Positions 14,226 to 26,590 of a stretch of DNA of 64,000 nt are shown one piece after another. Both the position numbers and the translations under genes were made by a program. Numbering within the stretch: the first letter of the stretch is position 1; every line of letters begins with the position of its first letter. This stretch comes from Octopus vulgaris. Taxonomy: Eukaryota. The notes beneath the pieces are model-generated. The model was not told the DNA's origin. It ran no database searches and saw only the letters and a program-made list of their open reading frames with translations. The stretch covers positions 20,522,001 to 20,586,000 of the forward strand of contig OX597835.1 in NCBI GenBank assembly GCA_951406725.2. Reading direction: 5' to 3'.

Positions 14226-14663
14226 GGATCTTTTCGGTTTGAACGGCAGTTTTTTTTAATAATTTCCACCTACCTAAACACTTTTAAACTTCGTATACTT
14301 GTAGAACGTGTTTATGAAACATTTTTTTCTCGTGGCTTTATTGAGAAAATTCTATAGTTTGTAAGATATTTGTTGTTTTTTTTTTCTTCCATTTCTGCAA
14401 TTTCAACCAATCACTGACGTCTATTGAGGTAAAAAAAAACATTCTGTGACGTATAAATATGTCCCTCGTTTAAGAAACAGATTGGGTATATTTATATTTG
14501 TGAAGAAAAAAAGATACCCTTCCTCCCACCCCTAACCCTTACCCTAACTAACCCTAACACTAAAACAGATTGAAATGCAATAGATCGATACTAGGGTCAT
14601 CATTATGGGTGACAATTTCATATGACACCGCTAGAAAAACTGCCGTTCAAAGCGAAAGGATCC
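14226..14663. mobile_element. MITE, Merlin-like (GG-terminated ~29-bp TIRs, 8-bp TSD)
   Basis: TIR ggatcttttcggtttgaacggcagttttt / aaaaactgccgttcaaagcgaaaggatcc. TSD AAGAAATT at 14218-14225 and 14664-14671. Confidence 0.85.
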
Positions 14664-16766
14664 AAGAAATTAAATATTCCCTTCGTACTTTGTTCTGTTT
14701 TCCATGTTACGTGGAAATATATTAACTGCATTTATTACTGGTACTACCACCATAAGCTCGATTATGACTTATTTCATAGCCACACTAAACGCTGCGACCC
14801 TTACCCAGAACGATCCTCTAGAACACATAATCAGGTCCATTACAGTGTTGTTCATCCCTTCTTCAGGTCCTTCAAATCACTACTATGTGCTTTGTGTTTC
14901 ATATATTTATATGCATCTATGGGTATGTTTCTTGTACACAATCAGGTAACGATAAAAACAAATATTACTGGCTGCACGTGTTTTGTGCACTCAAAAAGAA
15001 CGCATCCTCCCTATATCTACTTCTGATAGGTTTCGAAACCCTCACTGGCTGGAGCAGATATATGTATGTGAAATCCTAAAACATTTGTTCATCGATGACT
15101 CTAGCTTGCGATCAGAATATCGATGCGAAAAGAGAAATTATTACGCAAAAGAATGAAGACTTGAAGACAGAGTAAGGTAATGGAGAGATGGAAACAAAGA
15201 GGGAAAGATAGGAAAGGATGCGGGTAGGAAATAACAAGAAAGAAAGAAAAATACTACAATAAAAAAATAATAATAATAGTCATAAATAGATTGAGAAAGA
15301 GAACCATTGAAAAGGGGAAGGAATAAGGGAGGACGAAACGACGAGAAATATCTATGGAGGAAAGTAGAGAAAACAGAAACAGCGTTGGAGGGAGTCTTGT
15401 TGTGAGAGATATATACAGAGGGAAGAAGAAGAAGAACGAAGCGGTAATAGTGAGAAAGATGGACAGACGCAAATACAGAAAGGAAGAAAAAGAAGAAAAC
15501 GAAAGGTAATGTGCTTGGAATAAAGTGAATCTGAGAGTAAAGGTTAAAAGAGAGTGGGGGGTAGCGATGGGGGTTGGTGGTGAGGAAACGCTGGAAAAAC
15601 ACATAAAATAGTGTCCTCACACGAAATTGAAGTCAACCTTAAATTTCTAATTTTCTTTGATGTCCATGCCGAACCAGACGTCGAGTGTTAAAACCAAAAT
15701 CAGAACCAATACTGCAGAAAAATAATACATATAAAGATAAAAAAAAATATTGAGAAATATATAAAAAAAAAAAAAATACATATATATATATATATAAAAA
15801 GAAAGAAAATAAAAAAATATATAGAAAAATAATAATATTAATCATCATAATAAAAACTAGCAAAAATTGTAAGCCGCAATTAATTTCCTAATCTAATCTA
15901 AAGACTAATGAAATTCCAATATCTTTTGAAAACAAAAAGGAAAAGAAGAAGAAAGTAAAGATGTATGAATAAATAAAGAAAGAAAGAAAAGAGTAAAAAA
16001 CTAACAACTCTGTTAACAAACTTGATGACGGTTTTTGAGTAATTAATAGAGAGAAGACTTGTTTAACAACTAACAGACACATTAAGGAGAGACTTAGGAT
16101 CGATCTACAGCGTAACAGTTTATAGCTATAAATGTTTAAACGGGCAAATTTGGAAGTTTTAATTTTTATTTATTTATTCTTTTTTAATTTTTGATTGTTT
16201 TTCTTATTTGAAAGTGGGGGTCATTTCGGAAACTTTTTTTCAAAAATTCAGTGGTAACAGAAGCGGAGTGGTTGGTGTGGTGGTTGTTTTTTGTGTATGT
16301 TGTTTGGATTTTTGGGGCAGTCTTTTTCTTTTTTCATATTTTTAAGTATTAGCGATTTTTCTCATTTGTTTCTTAAGATCTGCTTGTTTAAAGTTTATTA
16401 TGTTTTTATGTTTTCTTATTCTTTTTACGGATATTTTGTTTAAAAGAGTCGTGGAAGAGAATCATATTTTTTATAAATAAAAAATACTTTATAACTTAAG
16501 CACATGGCTACAAATCTGGAGGGCAAGGGGTTAGTCGATTAAATAGGCTTTCAATATTTGGCTATTCGCTATTTTTATCGTCCCTTCCGGAAAGATGAAA
16601 ACCTAAATTGACCTAATTGTGATTTGAACTCATAAAGTAAAGAGCCGTAACGAAATATTGCAAGATACTTTTCCGGATGATGTAACATCTTATATGCAAC
16701 GTAAACCCATTTCGAGACATGAAATTCATAGAAGGAAACACACGAACACATTATATTACATAATTT

Positions 16767-17085
16767 GGATCGTTTCCTTTTGAACGGCAGGTTTCAACAC
16801 AATTTCTAGTTAACTAAACACTTTTAAACTTCGTATACTGGTAGAATGTGTCAAAATAAAACATTTTTTTTAGACGCAGCAAATGATTTTAGCTCAATAG
16901 AGGCCATAGGTTTGGTTAAAATTCGAAAAATTAAACTACGTTAAACTTACAAATTACAATTTTCTCAAGAAAGCCAAGAGAAACAAAATGTTTAATTTTG
17001 ACACATTCTACCAGTATACGAAGTTTAAAAGTGTTTAGTTAACTAGAAATTGTGTTGAAAACTGCCGTCCAAAAGGAAAAGATCC
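16767..17085. mobile_element. Related Merlin-like MITE with ~100-bp inverted arms
   Basis: Same TIR start as 14226. TSD CATAATTT / CATAACTT (7/8). Arms 16767-16868 and ~16985-17085 are nearly perfectly complementary. Confidence 0.85.
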
Positions 17086-17239
17086 CATAACTTTTTTACC
17101 ACTAGTTCAGTTTAGATTACAAAAATGCTGAAAGTATAAATTTGTAGAGACATGCCCAGTGAGCCATCTGATAAGTCAAATAATTTTCATATCGAAAGCA
17201 TATTCATTCATACATACGAAGCTTAAATCCCAAAACTTA

Positions 17240-17438
17240 CCACTGAAAAAGAAGTAATTTCTACTCTTCTCTGGAAGCCATCTACTCGCAATACCAGAGG
17301 GCGCACACTCTCCTATCCTGATGTAATCTCCAGGGATACAGGCATCCAGCAACAGGACCTCCGTAATGCCATGATGGACCGTGAAGTCTGGCGTAGCATG
17401 GTAAATTCCATTGTCTCGACCACAATCGAACAATGATG
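17240..17438 (+). mobile_element. RTE-type LINE extreme 3' fragment
   Basis: Near-identical to 3010-3197 (ctggaagccatctactcg...tccattgtctcgaccac). Confidence 0.85.
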
Positions 17439-18064
17439 GTGACCACTAATATATAAATGTATCACGGAGAAACAGAAAATACAAATGTTCAAAGATATGC
17501 ATAAACCTACGCGCGTTCACTAGGCTCCCACTTTCACTACACCGATAAGGCCTATTTTGAAAATGAATGACATAGACTAACACGCGCCTCATCATGTTGT
17601 CCACGCGCTTTCCATCGGGCACCTAGCTAATTAAAAATATTGGGTAATAGTTGGCTTGAAAAGAAGAGAAAATGTGAAAAATCATAAAGATACAGAATGT
17701 TATGTGGTTCAAAAATTTCCTAAATGTATATCTGAAAATGTAAAGGAAAAATCCAAATTCATAAAAAAAAAAGAAAAAAAAAATTGATTGAGAGCGGCTT
17801 TTCATCGTATTCATTATCTTACAATATTTTATGTTCTCAATTAATGTTGTCCGATGAAGCAATACTTACCGTAGAGTTGGTATTTATTTATTTATTTGTT
17901 TCAAGATGTGTAATGACCGAACATAAACACGTCACGACTAGTGGTCACAAGAGTAGATTTTAAACTTTATTAATCAGTAGTAATGACACGATCATAATTT
18001 TTTCGGACTGCTAACTTCCTTTAGAGATTAAACATCATTCCCGGTTTCAAATATTTCTTACTTA

Positions 18065-18497
18065 CAATGCGTTTTGTTGGGTTTGAATTCTGCTCGAAAC
18101 CATGTGTTAATCCGTAGTAGGAACACATTTCGTCCTTGGATTGTTCGACCTTAACCCATGAGCATGTATCTTAGTGGTTGATATGTGCATCTTTGATCAC
18201 AAGCAGAAATCAAGTGATGAGAGGAATTCTTTGTGGTTTCAATAACCCAGCTCATGAAACAGGAGTTTCATTCATCATCCTTAAACAAACCTTATTCAGG
18301 GACTTTTCAAAATGGGATGGGCTACTCGACCCGAAGTAAATTCTAACTGGGCCCCACCTGCAACGCCATGCGCTGTTAATCTTGATATAGGATCACCATG
18401 TCGCGCACATATTTGTTGTGATGATTATGGTTGATGAACTCTTACCAGACAAGTAGTCATGATGGTTATGTTGGGCTTCGTATATTTATAACCCAGT
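18065..18497 (+). mobile_element. Family D element, interrupted at its 3' end by the SINE B trimer
   Basis: Homology to 10095-10457 and 36958-37345. Confidence 0.7.
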
Positions 18498-18499
18498 AA

Positions 18500-19098
18500 G
18501 GCGGCGAGTTGGCAGTAACGTTAACAAGCCGGGCGAAATGCTTAGCGGTATTTCGTCTGCCGCTATGTTCTGAGTTCAAATTCCGCCGAGGTCGACTTTG
18601 TATTTCATCCTTTCAGGGTCGATTAAATAAGTACCAATTACGCAATGTGGTCGATATAATCGACTTAATCCGTTTGTCTGTCCTTGTTTGTCCTCTCTGT
18701 ATATAGCCCCTTGTGGGTAGAAAAGAAATAGGCATTTCTTCTGCCGCTACGGTCTGAGTTCAAATTCCGCCGAGGTCGACTTTGTCTTTCATCCGTTCAG
18801 GGTCGATTAAATAAGTACCAGTTACGCACTGTGGTCGATATAATCGACTTAATACGTTTGTCTGTCCTTGTTTGTCCTCTCTGTATATAGCCCCTTGTGG
18901 GTAGTAAAGAAATAGGCATTTCTTCTGCCGCTACGGTCTGAGTTCAAATTCCGCCGAAGTCGAATTTGCCTTTCATCCTTTCGGGGCCTATAAATTAAGT
19001 AGCAGTTACGTATTGGGGTCGATATAATCGACTTAATCCGTTTGTCTGTCCTTGTTTGTCCCCTCTGTGTTTAGCACCTTGTGAGTAGTAAAGAAATA
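18500..19098 (+). mobile_element. SINE family B trimer (one head plus three ~184-bp bodies)
   Basis: Head ggcggcgagttggcag...gagttcaaattcc. Bodies restart at 18731 and 18915 after the aaagaaata tail. Confidence 0.9.
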
Positions 19099-19319
19099 AG
19101 TATTAAATTTAATTTTTCGAAGCAAAGTGATTCTTTTCGGATTTGAGCCCCGAAGGGGTCCCAGCAACCAAGCCTATGCTAAGGGTGTGGTTTTGACAAG
19201 CGTTTTACAAGATAAGCAATGAGCAACGTTTGGGGACATATTTAAGAGCGAAACACTTACGAGCTAACAGAAGCACGCATTGTGTCAGAACGAATAATAA
19301 TCATTTTTACGTAATGCAC

Positions 19320-19494
19320 ATTGACCCCAGTACTCAACCGGTACTTAGTTTATCGACCCTGAAAGGATGAATAGCAAAGTCGAACTCGGCGGAATTTGAA
19401 TTCAGAACGTAACTGCAGACGAAATACCACTAAGCCTTTCGTCCTGCATACTATCGATACTGCCAGCTCACTGATTTAATAACAACAACAACAA

Positions 19495-19556
<62 letters not shown>

Positions 19557-19630
19557 GTGTATAATTTAAGTGGACAAACAAGGACAGACAAATGGATTAA
19601 GTCGATTACATCGACCCCAGTGCGTAATTT
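19320..19630 (-). mobile_element. SINE family B fragments flanking an (AAT)n tract (19497-19556)
   Basis: Reverse-complement matches to the family B core and tail. Confidence 0.7.
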
Positions 19631-20557
19631 AATACTATTTCCATTCATGTAACATTCTAATCTCAAGTTTGTTTATTTTCTTTCCCTGCGTAGATCCATA
19701 CCTGGATGAATCAGTTGATTATGGGGTAAAACGGGAAATATATGTACAAACTTATAAATATTAACTCCTCTAAGACATGTTGGTTCTATTGTGACTTTGG
19801 AGAGGTCAATTGTTATTATGACAGTCGCTGTTTGCTATTTGTCCACGTTCCGAGCTTAAAATCTTTCAAATATCAGAAAAAGGAAATATTCGTCAGCTTC
19901 TGGAGTCGAATGAATCAAATGTTCCTTTTCCGTTCCTTTTCCGTTCATATTTCTTGTTTGCCATTTTCCTGAAATCAATTATCAATGTTTGTTATATTAT
20001 TGTTTGGAGATTTAACATTTCTCTTGGAAAACGAAAATCTCCAAAAATACGATAGCGTGACAACAGTTTCTATAATAATCTCTTGGTACCACTGAATTAT
20101 GTTAGCACGGTCACAAGGTGCATTACATTGGTATATACTTGGCGTTCAAAGTTAAGATTTTACGACTGGGAAAGAAACCCCAATGTGGAAAACAATAGAG
20201 GGAGGACCGCGAATGAGATTTGTGCAGAACAAAGGAAATATTGGATACAGATATTTAATAAGCAGAAAAAGACATTACAAAATATCTATATACAAAAATA
20301 ATAAATGTGTTGTCGATATATTTGTGGTCGTGACGACAGAAATAAATGGTGTTTCACAGATATTATAATTAGCACAATGTTTACTCAACGTGGACAGTTG
20401 CAGTTTGTTAGTTGGAAAATCGCTCTGAACCAGTTGGATGCCTTTATCGTGGATAGAGTGTAGAAAATACATATCAAAGTAGATGATGCAACGGCGGCAA
20501 CAATCGAAGACGAATGTTTGGATTGCTATTTTTTTTTTGCTTTATTTTCTTGGTTAA

Positions 20558-22884
20558 CCCTTGGTCTTTCAGAGAATTACCAACTGTCACTAATATTTCT
20601 TAGCTACATCAGGTGAATGAAGAATTACTGTTTCTCAGAAATTTAATAAAAAAGCTACAGCTTACAGAATATATTATAAATTTCAAAAATTACAAAAATA
20701 CAGAATTACAGCTCTTCATGGCAGTAAATGCAGATAACATTGGAATGTTCTTAGCAATCACGGATATTATAATGCTCACATTTAGTACAGGCTTTCCTGT
20801 CTTTTGGGGCGCCATACAAAGTACATTTTAATTTTTTTGTTTGGTTGAGGAATCTCAAATGAGGTTGAATATAGACTTTTCTTCCTTGGTTGAGAAATCC
20901 TAGCGGAACTAAAAGATTATTTGTCATGTTCTTGTTTAACATTAACTTCAGCAAGCTCCTATCCTAACTGAATTAGACACTGTCTTCTTTTATACATGAA
21001 ACTTTGCAAGTGAATCTGCTTAGCAACAATGAAAGCATTCACTGCACTTATATCAATCATGTAGAATATAACCATAGGCCATCTTCGAAACAGCCTGTTG
21101 CAAGTGTATGTCCTTACCATCTTATCTAGGGTATCTATTGCTTCTTTTGTTTTGCTGTAACATTATAACTTCAGGTTTCTTTTCAGCACATTTTAAATCA
21201 ATTAAAGGCTGAGAGTGCATTGTACTGAACATAATTTTTCTTGGGAAAATAAGATAGGTTCGTAGAATCCTTTTGAAACACAAATATTGTGCTGTTGATT
21301 TCTCTTTCTTTTCCATTTGCGAAAGCACATGGAAGTTCAACTCTGTTCTTTATAATTGTTCCAACTAAAGTAGTTTTCTTGCTAAGCAGCTTTCGAACGA
21401 ATCCTAGACTTGTAAAATAATTATCACACGTTATATTGTGACCAGTATTTTCAAATACTTTTACTAGGTCTTCAACAACTCTTGAACCTGTATTTGTCTT
21501 TCTCCCTTTTATTCGCACTTTTCCAGTGTAGATCTGCATTTCCCAGACAATGTTTCACTGTCACATATTGCCCAAATTTTAATTCCATATTTCCCTGATT
21601 TTGAAGGAATATATACCCGGAATGGGCAGCGCCCTCTGAATGAAACTAATTGTTCATCAACTGTCATGCATGAACTTGGACCATATCCATCTTGCAAATT
21701 CATTTTTATCATTACTTCTCTTTTTCCTTCTTGCACTAGCATCATCAAAAACGCAATACATATAAAATCTGTTGAACTCTTCCCCGGCTCATAATTTTGT
21801 TGAATATTGGGCGGCTATCTTCGTGGCTCCATAACTGTGTGACATTTTCATGTTTAGATTTATAAACGCCAATAAGAATAATCAGTCCAAGAAATTTCAT
21901 TAGTTCAGAGGGATCAATTTCCTTCCATTTATCTTTGTAAACAACCTGACCTTCAACGTTTGTCCATTTACGAATTACTTCAAGAAGATTCTGGCGCATA
22001 AATATAGTAAAACATGTTTCAATGCTATCGCAAGACCTTTTAGCTAGGCGGAATGGTCCGCATTCTCGGCGCACAATATTGCAAGATGAAGGTCTTCCTG
22101 CTGCTTGGGTAAGAGGATGAAAATGCTAAACTTCTTGTCTGTCTCTGGAAACATGTTGCTCATTCATAATTGGGTGGCTTGCAGATAATTGTTTTTAAGT
22201 ATCTTCATGATCTAACGACACAAAACCTAAAACTGTCCAGCACAGAATCACTTTCACCATCTTCAGAACGATAGAATAGGAATCACTAGTATCTTCTTCC
22301 CATTTTTCATCTAATACCATTAACTCTTTCGATATTTGGTCTTCAATCAAGTTTTCACGTCTAGGCATATTGGAAAGCACAACTGAACTTTATGACACTT
22401 GATAGCAGACTAAAGGCAGATATTGCTCTCTTGCATATTCATACTCTCCTGAGAGATAGCTCATTATAGTATAAGAAATGCATCATCACATAGACACATT
22501 GCTTCACCCTATAATCTAGCAACAACACACAAAATCACAAGAATATGTTCAGGATTTTTCCTGTTTTATTCAAACTTCAGCAAATAATTGAATGCAATTT
22601 ATATATTTTATATTTGGTAAATATCTAGTAAAATAATATGGTACTTCTTTTATTCTGTTTAGAATTACAAAAGTGTTGTCTGAATTTAATTCTAGGGTCC
22701 AATGGACCCATAGGGTAATTAATGATTAAGTGAAATTTTCTAGCTTTTATAAACATACGGAAAATTTCCCCATTTGACAAGTAATCAAAAAACATAAGGG
22801 TCACGAGAAATCAGTATTAATTAACATAAACTGTAGGAAAAAGCAACTGAAATGGGTCCATTGGACCCATTGGTAGACAGAAGG
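20558..22884 (-). mobile_element. piggyBac-superfamily DNA transposon remnant
   Basis: TTAA at 20554-20557 and 22885-22888 with loosely matching ends (ccttggtct / ccttctgtct). Contains a decayed transposase. The left boundary is less certain. Confidence 0.8.
20706..22368 (-). pseudogene. piggyBac (PGBD4-like) transposase pseudogene, frameshifted
   Basis: Motifs across frames: TVDEQLVSFRGRCPFRVYIPSKSGKYGIKIW, ITCDNYFTS, YSKTKEAIDTLDKM..RRWPM (DDD triad), and C-terminal Cys-rich CTKC..C*EH..CIYC. Confidence 0.92.
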
Positions 22885-23349
22885 TTAAAGAAACATCGCA
22901 AAGTATTCAGGTGACCTCCTTATCGATGAGGTATACAATATCTGCATGTGTAGCAGCAGCAACGCCCCATATTGCGAGAAGTGTCTTCTATTGAGAATAT
23001 TACACGTGTTTATCTTTATTGCGAACCATTAATTGATCAGAATAAATGTGATAACACTTCCATTTAAAACTCTGAACAAAGTGCCAGGCAATTGATTCTG
23101 TTGTACCAACACCTGAGTTAATTATATATTTATTCTGTATTATTATCTTGTGTGATTCAAACACTCTATGGTTGGTCAATATCTCTTGTAGCATTTAGCC
23201 ATCTCCGCTAATATCCTGATCTCAGATTACCTGCATTTGGCGAAACAGTACAACAGGAAGGACGCAGCTACTGAACGATTGAACCATCTGTTATCGCACC
23301 GAAATTGGAGCGAACTTAATTTAAAATTATTAGTATTATTCCTAGTGGA

Positions 23350-24590
23350 AAACATGAACGCAGCAAACTGCCAAAATCTTCAGCAGGCCACACAAAATAA
23401 TTTACTGCATTAAGGCGGAGACGTTGCGGAAACGTTAGCACGCCGGGCGAAATGCTTAGCGCTATTTCGTCTGCCGCTACATTCTGAGTTCAAATTCCGC
23501 CGCGGTCGACTTTGCCTATCATCCTTTCGAGGGCGATAAATTAAGTACCAGTTACGCACTGGGGTCGATATAATCGACTTAATCTGTTCGTCTGTCCTTG
23601 TTTGTCCCCTCTGTGTTTAGCCCCTTGTGGGTAGTAAAGAAATATATTGCGTCTGCCGCTACATTCTGAGTTCAATTTCCGCCGAGGTCGACTTTGCCCT
23701 TTCATCCTTTCGAAGTCGATTAAATAAGTACCAGTTACGCTCTAGATTCGATATACTAGACTTAATCCGTTTGTCTGTCCTTGTTTGTCCCCTCTGTGTG
23801 TAGCCCCTTGTAGCCAGTAAAGAAATAGGAAACGTTAGCAGGCAGGGCGAAATGCTTAGCGCTATTTCGTCTGTCTTTATGTTCTGAGTTCAAATTCCGC
23901 CTACGTCGACTTTGCCTTTCATCCTTTCGGAGTTGATAAATTAATTACCAGTTGCGTACTGGGTCGCTCTAATCGACTGGAACCCTCCTCACCCCAAATT
24001 TCGGGCCTTGTGCCTAGCGTAGAAAAGAATACTTTGCCGCATTTCTTCCGTCTTCACGTTTTGAGTTCAAATTCCGCCGGGGTCGACTTTCTCATTCATC
24101 ATTTTGAAATCGATAATATGTTTCCAAATCAAGTTACGGAGCTTGATGTAACTAGCTAGCCACCTACAATCCCTTCGATTATAAGAACATTGTGAGAAAA
24201 CTAGAAACAATATCATATTACAGAAAAAGGACATGAGCTGGCGGAATCCTTAGCAGCACGTCGGACAAAATCCTTAGCAATATTTCGTTTGTGTTTACGT
24301 TGTGAGTTCAAAGTTCGCCAAGGTCGACGCTACCTTTCATCCTTTCGGGATTGATAAAATGAGCATGGGGGTTCATATAACCGAATTATCCACCCTACGA
24401 AATTTCGGGCCTTGTCTTAAGATTTGCCACCAATATTATGTGATAGAAATAGTGGAGTGCTAAAACTAAAATGCTTCGTCGTTTATCTTCATAGCTTAAT
24501 GACTAAAATATTGGCAACAACAGTCTGAAATTTTAATTTACGTCCGCTCGGAGACCGATAAAGTAAGTATTGATCAAATAATCGGAGTAT
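23350..24590 (+). mobile_element. Head-to-tail cluster of about 6-7 SINE family B units
   Basis: Dimer 23414-23827, then copies at ~23828-24030, ~24035-24210, ~24232-24430 and ~24450-24580, all on + with increasing divergence. Confidence 0.85.
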
Positions 24591-24599
24591 ATCAAAATA

Positions 24600-24982
24600 C
24601 TAGCAGTATCGCCCGGCGTTGCTCAGGTTTGTAAGGGAAATAACTATAAAGCATTTTTAGAGAGTTATAGCCAAAAAACAGCAAAAAAATGGAAAAAAAT
24701 GATGGTAAAATTTTTTTTGATAGTTAAAAAAGGTGGAGTTGCGTCCCCTACACAGTTTGTGGTTTGTGTTCCTGATTCTCGACCCCATGTCGAATTTATC
24801 GATTTTTTTCAGAACTGGGGGAACTTTTCAAAATTTTCGCTGCGTTAGTTTTGAATTATGACATTGGGCTGTGTGTGTCAAGTTTCATCAGAATCGGTTG
24901 AAAGCCGTGGTCAGGGTGAGGGTACGAGAAAACAGACACACAGAAACACGCACAGACAAACTGCCGTTTATATAGAGAGAGA
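24600..24982 (-). mobile_element. Non-autonomous mini-Helitron
   Basis: Minus strand: A|TC...(tctg/tgtg microsatellite)...cctgagcaacgccggg hairpin-cgatactgCTAG|T, no TSD. Confidence 0.85.
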
Positions 24983-25109
24983 TATCAATCAACTGAACTC
25001 TGCACGAAACTTTGAATCGTTATACCGATGTCCGAAATAGTTACATTTTATTATAACCAGTTGAAGGTTAAGGATTAGCATCATTGCTGCAGTGTTTATT
25101 TATAAAATA

Positions 25110-25489
25110 CTAGCAGTATCGCCCGGCGTTGCTCAGGTTTGTAAGGGAAATAACTATAAAGCATTTTTAGAGAGTTATAGCCAAAAAATAGCAAAAAAAT
25201 GGAAAAAAATTATGGTAAATTTTTTTTTGAGAGTAAAAAAGGTGGAGTTGCGTCCCCTAGACAGTCTGTGGTTTGTTTTTTTTGATTCTCGACCCCATGT
25301 CGAATTTATCGATTTTTTTCAGAACTGGGGAAACTTTTCAAAATTTTGGCTGCGTTAGTTTTGAATTATGACATTGGGCTATGTGTGTGTGTCAAGTTTC
25401 ATCAGAATCGGTTGAAAGCCGTGGTCAGGGTGAGGGTACAAGCAAACAGACACACAGAAACACGCACAGACAAACTGCCGTTTATATAT

Positions 25490-25492
<3 letters not shown>
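25110..25492 (-). mobile_element. Non-autonomous mini-Helitron, second near-identical copy
   Basis: Same termini and interior as 24600-24982. Confidence 0.85.
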
Positions 25493-25536
<44 letters not shown>

Positions 25537-25540
<4 letters not shown>

Positions 25541-25613
25541 CCACACTGCAATTGTTTTCGTTCCAGCACACGATCTCAGATCAAGTCACTCGCTATGCGA
25601 GTACATCTCCGTA
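25537..25613 (-). mobile_element. Truncated copy of mini-element family P4
   Basis: Reverse complement of 60627-60703, embedded in (TA)n. Lacks the hammerhead half. Confidence 0.75.
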
Positions 25614-26202
25614 ATATATATATATATTTCGTTACAAATTTTGTCTTTATCCTTTCAAGTATCGCTAAATATATTCTTTTCTACTCTAGGCACAAAACCT
25701 GAAATTCTTGTGGAGGCGGGGAGGGGGGGGGTAGTCGATTACCAGTATGCAACTGGTACTTAATTCATCGAAAGGATGAAAGGCAAAGTCGAACTCGCAA
25801 AATTTGAAGTCGGAATATTTCTAGTGAGCTGCCTTACTGCATTTATTCTGGATGTCTACGTCGTGAGTTCAAGCCCCACCTTAGCTTACTTGGACAATAA
25901 ACTTCATTTGAAACCAAATTTAATACTACGACCTGGCATAAGGGTGCTTTTATTAGAGTTCCTTTTCTAATACTGAAACCACGTACAGAATGTTATTAAT
26001 CCTAACTTCCTCCAACCTTGCTGAGAAAATAATACCGGTCGTTTTACATGCAATGTCTATCTCGGAATATATTATTTCTTCTCCCTTTAAAGACAACCTA
26101 TTGTAAAGAGTGAGTAGGATTTGACTATTATTTCTAGGGTGTCTATCGACCTCCTAGAATCTACACCACGTCAGTATTTCTGTATTACCATGATTGCTGC
26201 TA

Positions 26203-26590
26203 AGGTAGAGATCTGGCAGAAGGCCCAGGAAACCGGGCGAAGTGCTTAGCGTATTTCTTTCGTATTTACGTTCGGAATTCAAATTCCGTCAAGATCGACT
26301 TTGCCGAGTGCTGGATTCGATGTAATCGAATTACCACCTCCCTCGAAATGACTGGCCTTGTGCCAAAATTTGAAACTGTTTCTAATATTGCTGCTACTAA
26401 GGTAATATGCTGGATGGATCCCAAGCGCGTCAGGAGAAATGCTTAACGGTAATTCGTCCGTATTCTCGTTCTGAATTCAAATTTCACCGGGGTCGAAAAA
26501 ATAAATATCAGACGAGGATTAGTGTCGATGTAATTGGCTATCCACTCCCACAAATTTCAGACCTTGTGTCTATAGAATAAAGGGTTATTG
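26203..26590 (+). mobile_element. Two tandem degenerate SINE family B copies
   Basis: gggcgaagtgcttagc...gaattcaaattcc and gaaatgcttaacgg...gaattcaaatttcaccggggtcga. Confidence 0.65.

Noticed and set aside
14622-15079. Three overlapping ORFs downstream of the MITE
   Set aside because: No recognisable motif or splice support; the first starts inside the MITE
18500-19098. Tandem 184-bp units as a CRISPR array or retrozyme
   Set aside because: No unique spacers, and no hammerhead core on either strand of the unit; they are SINE bodies
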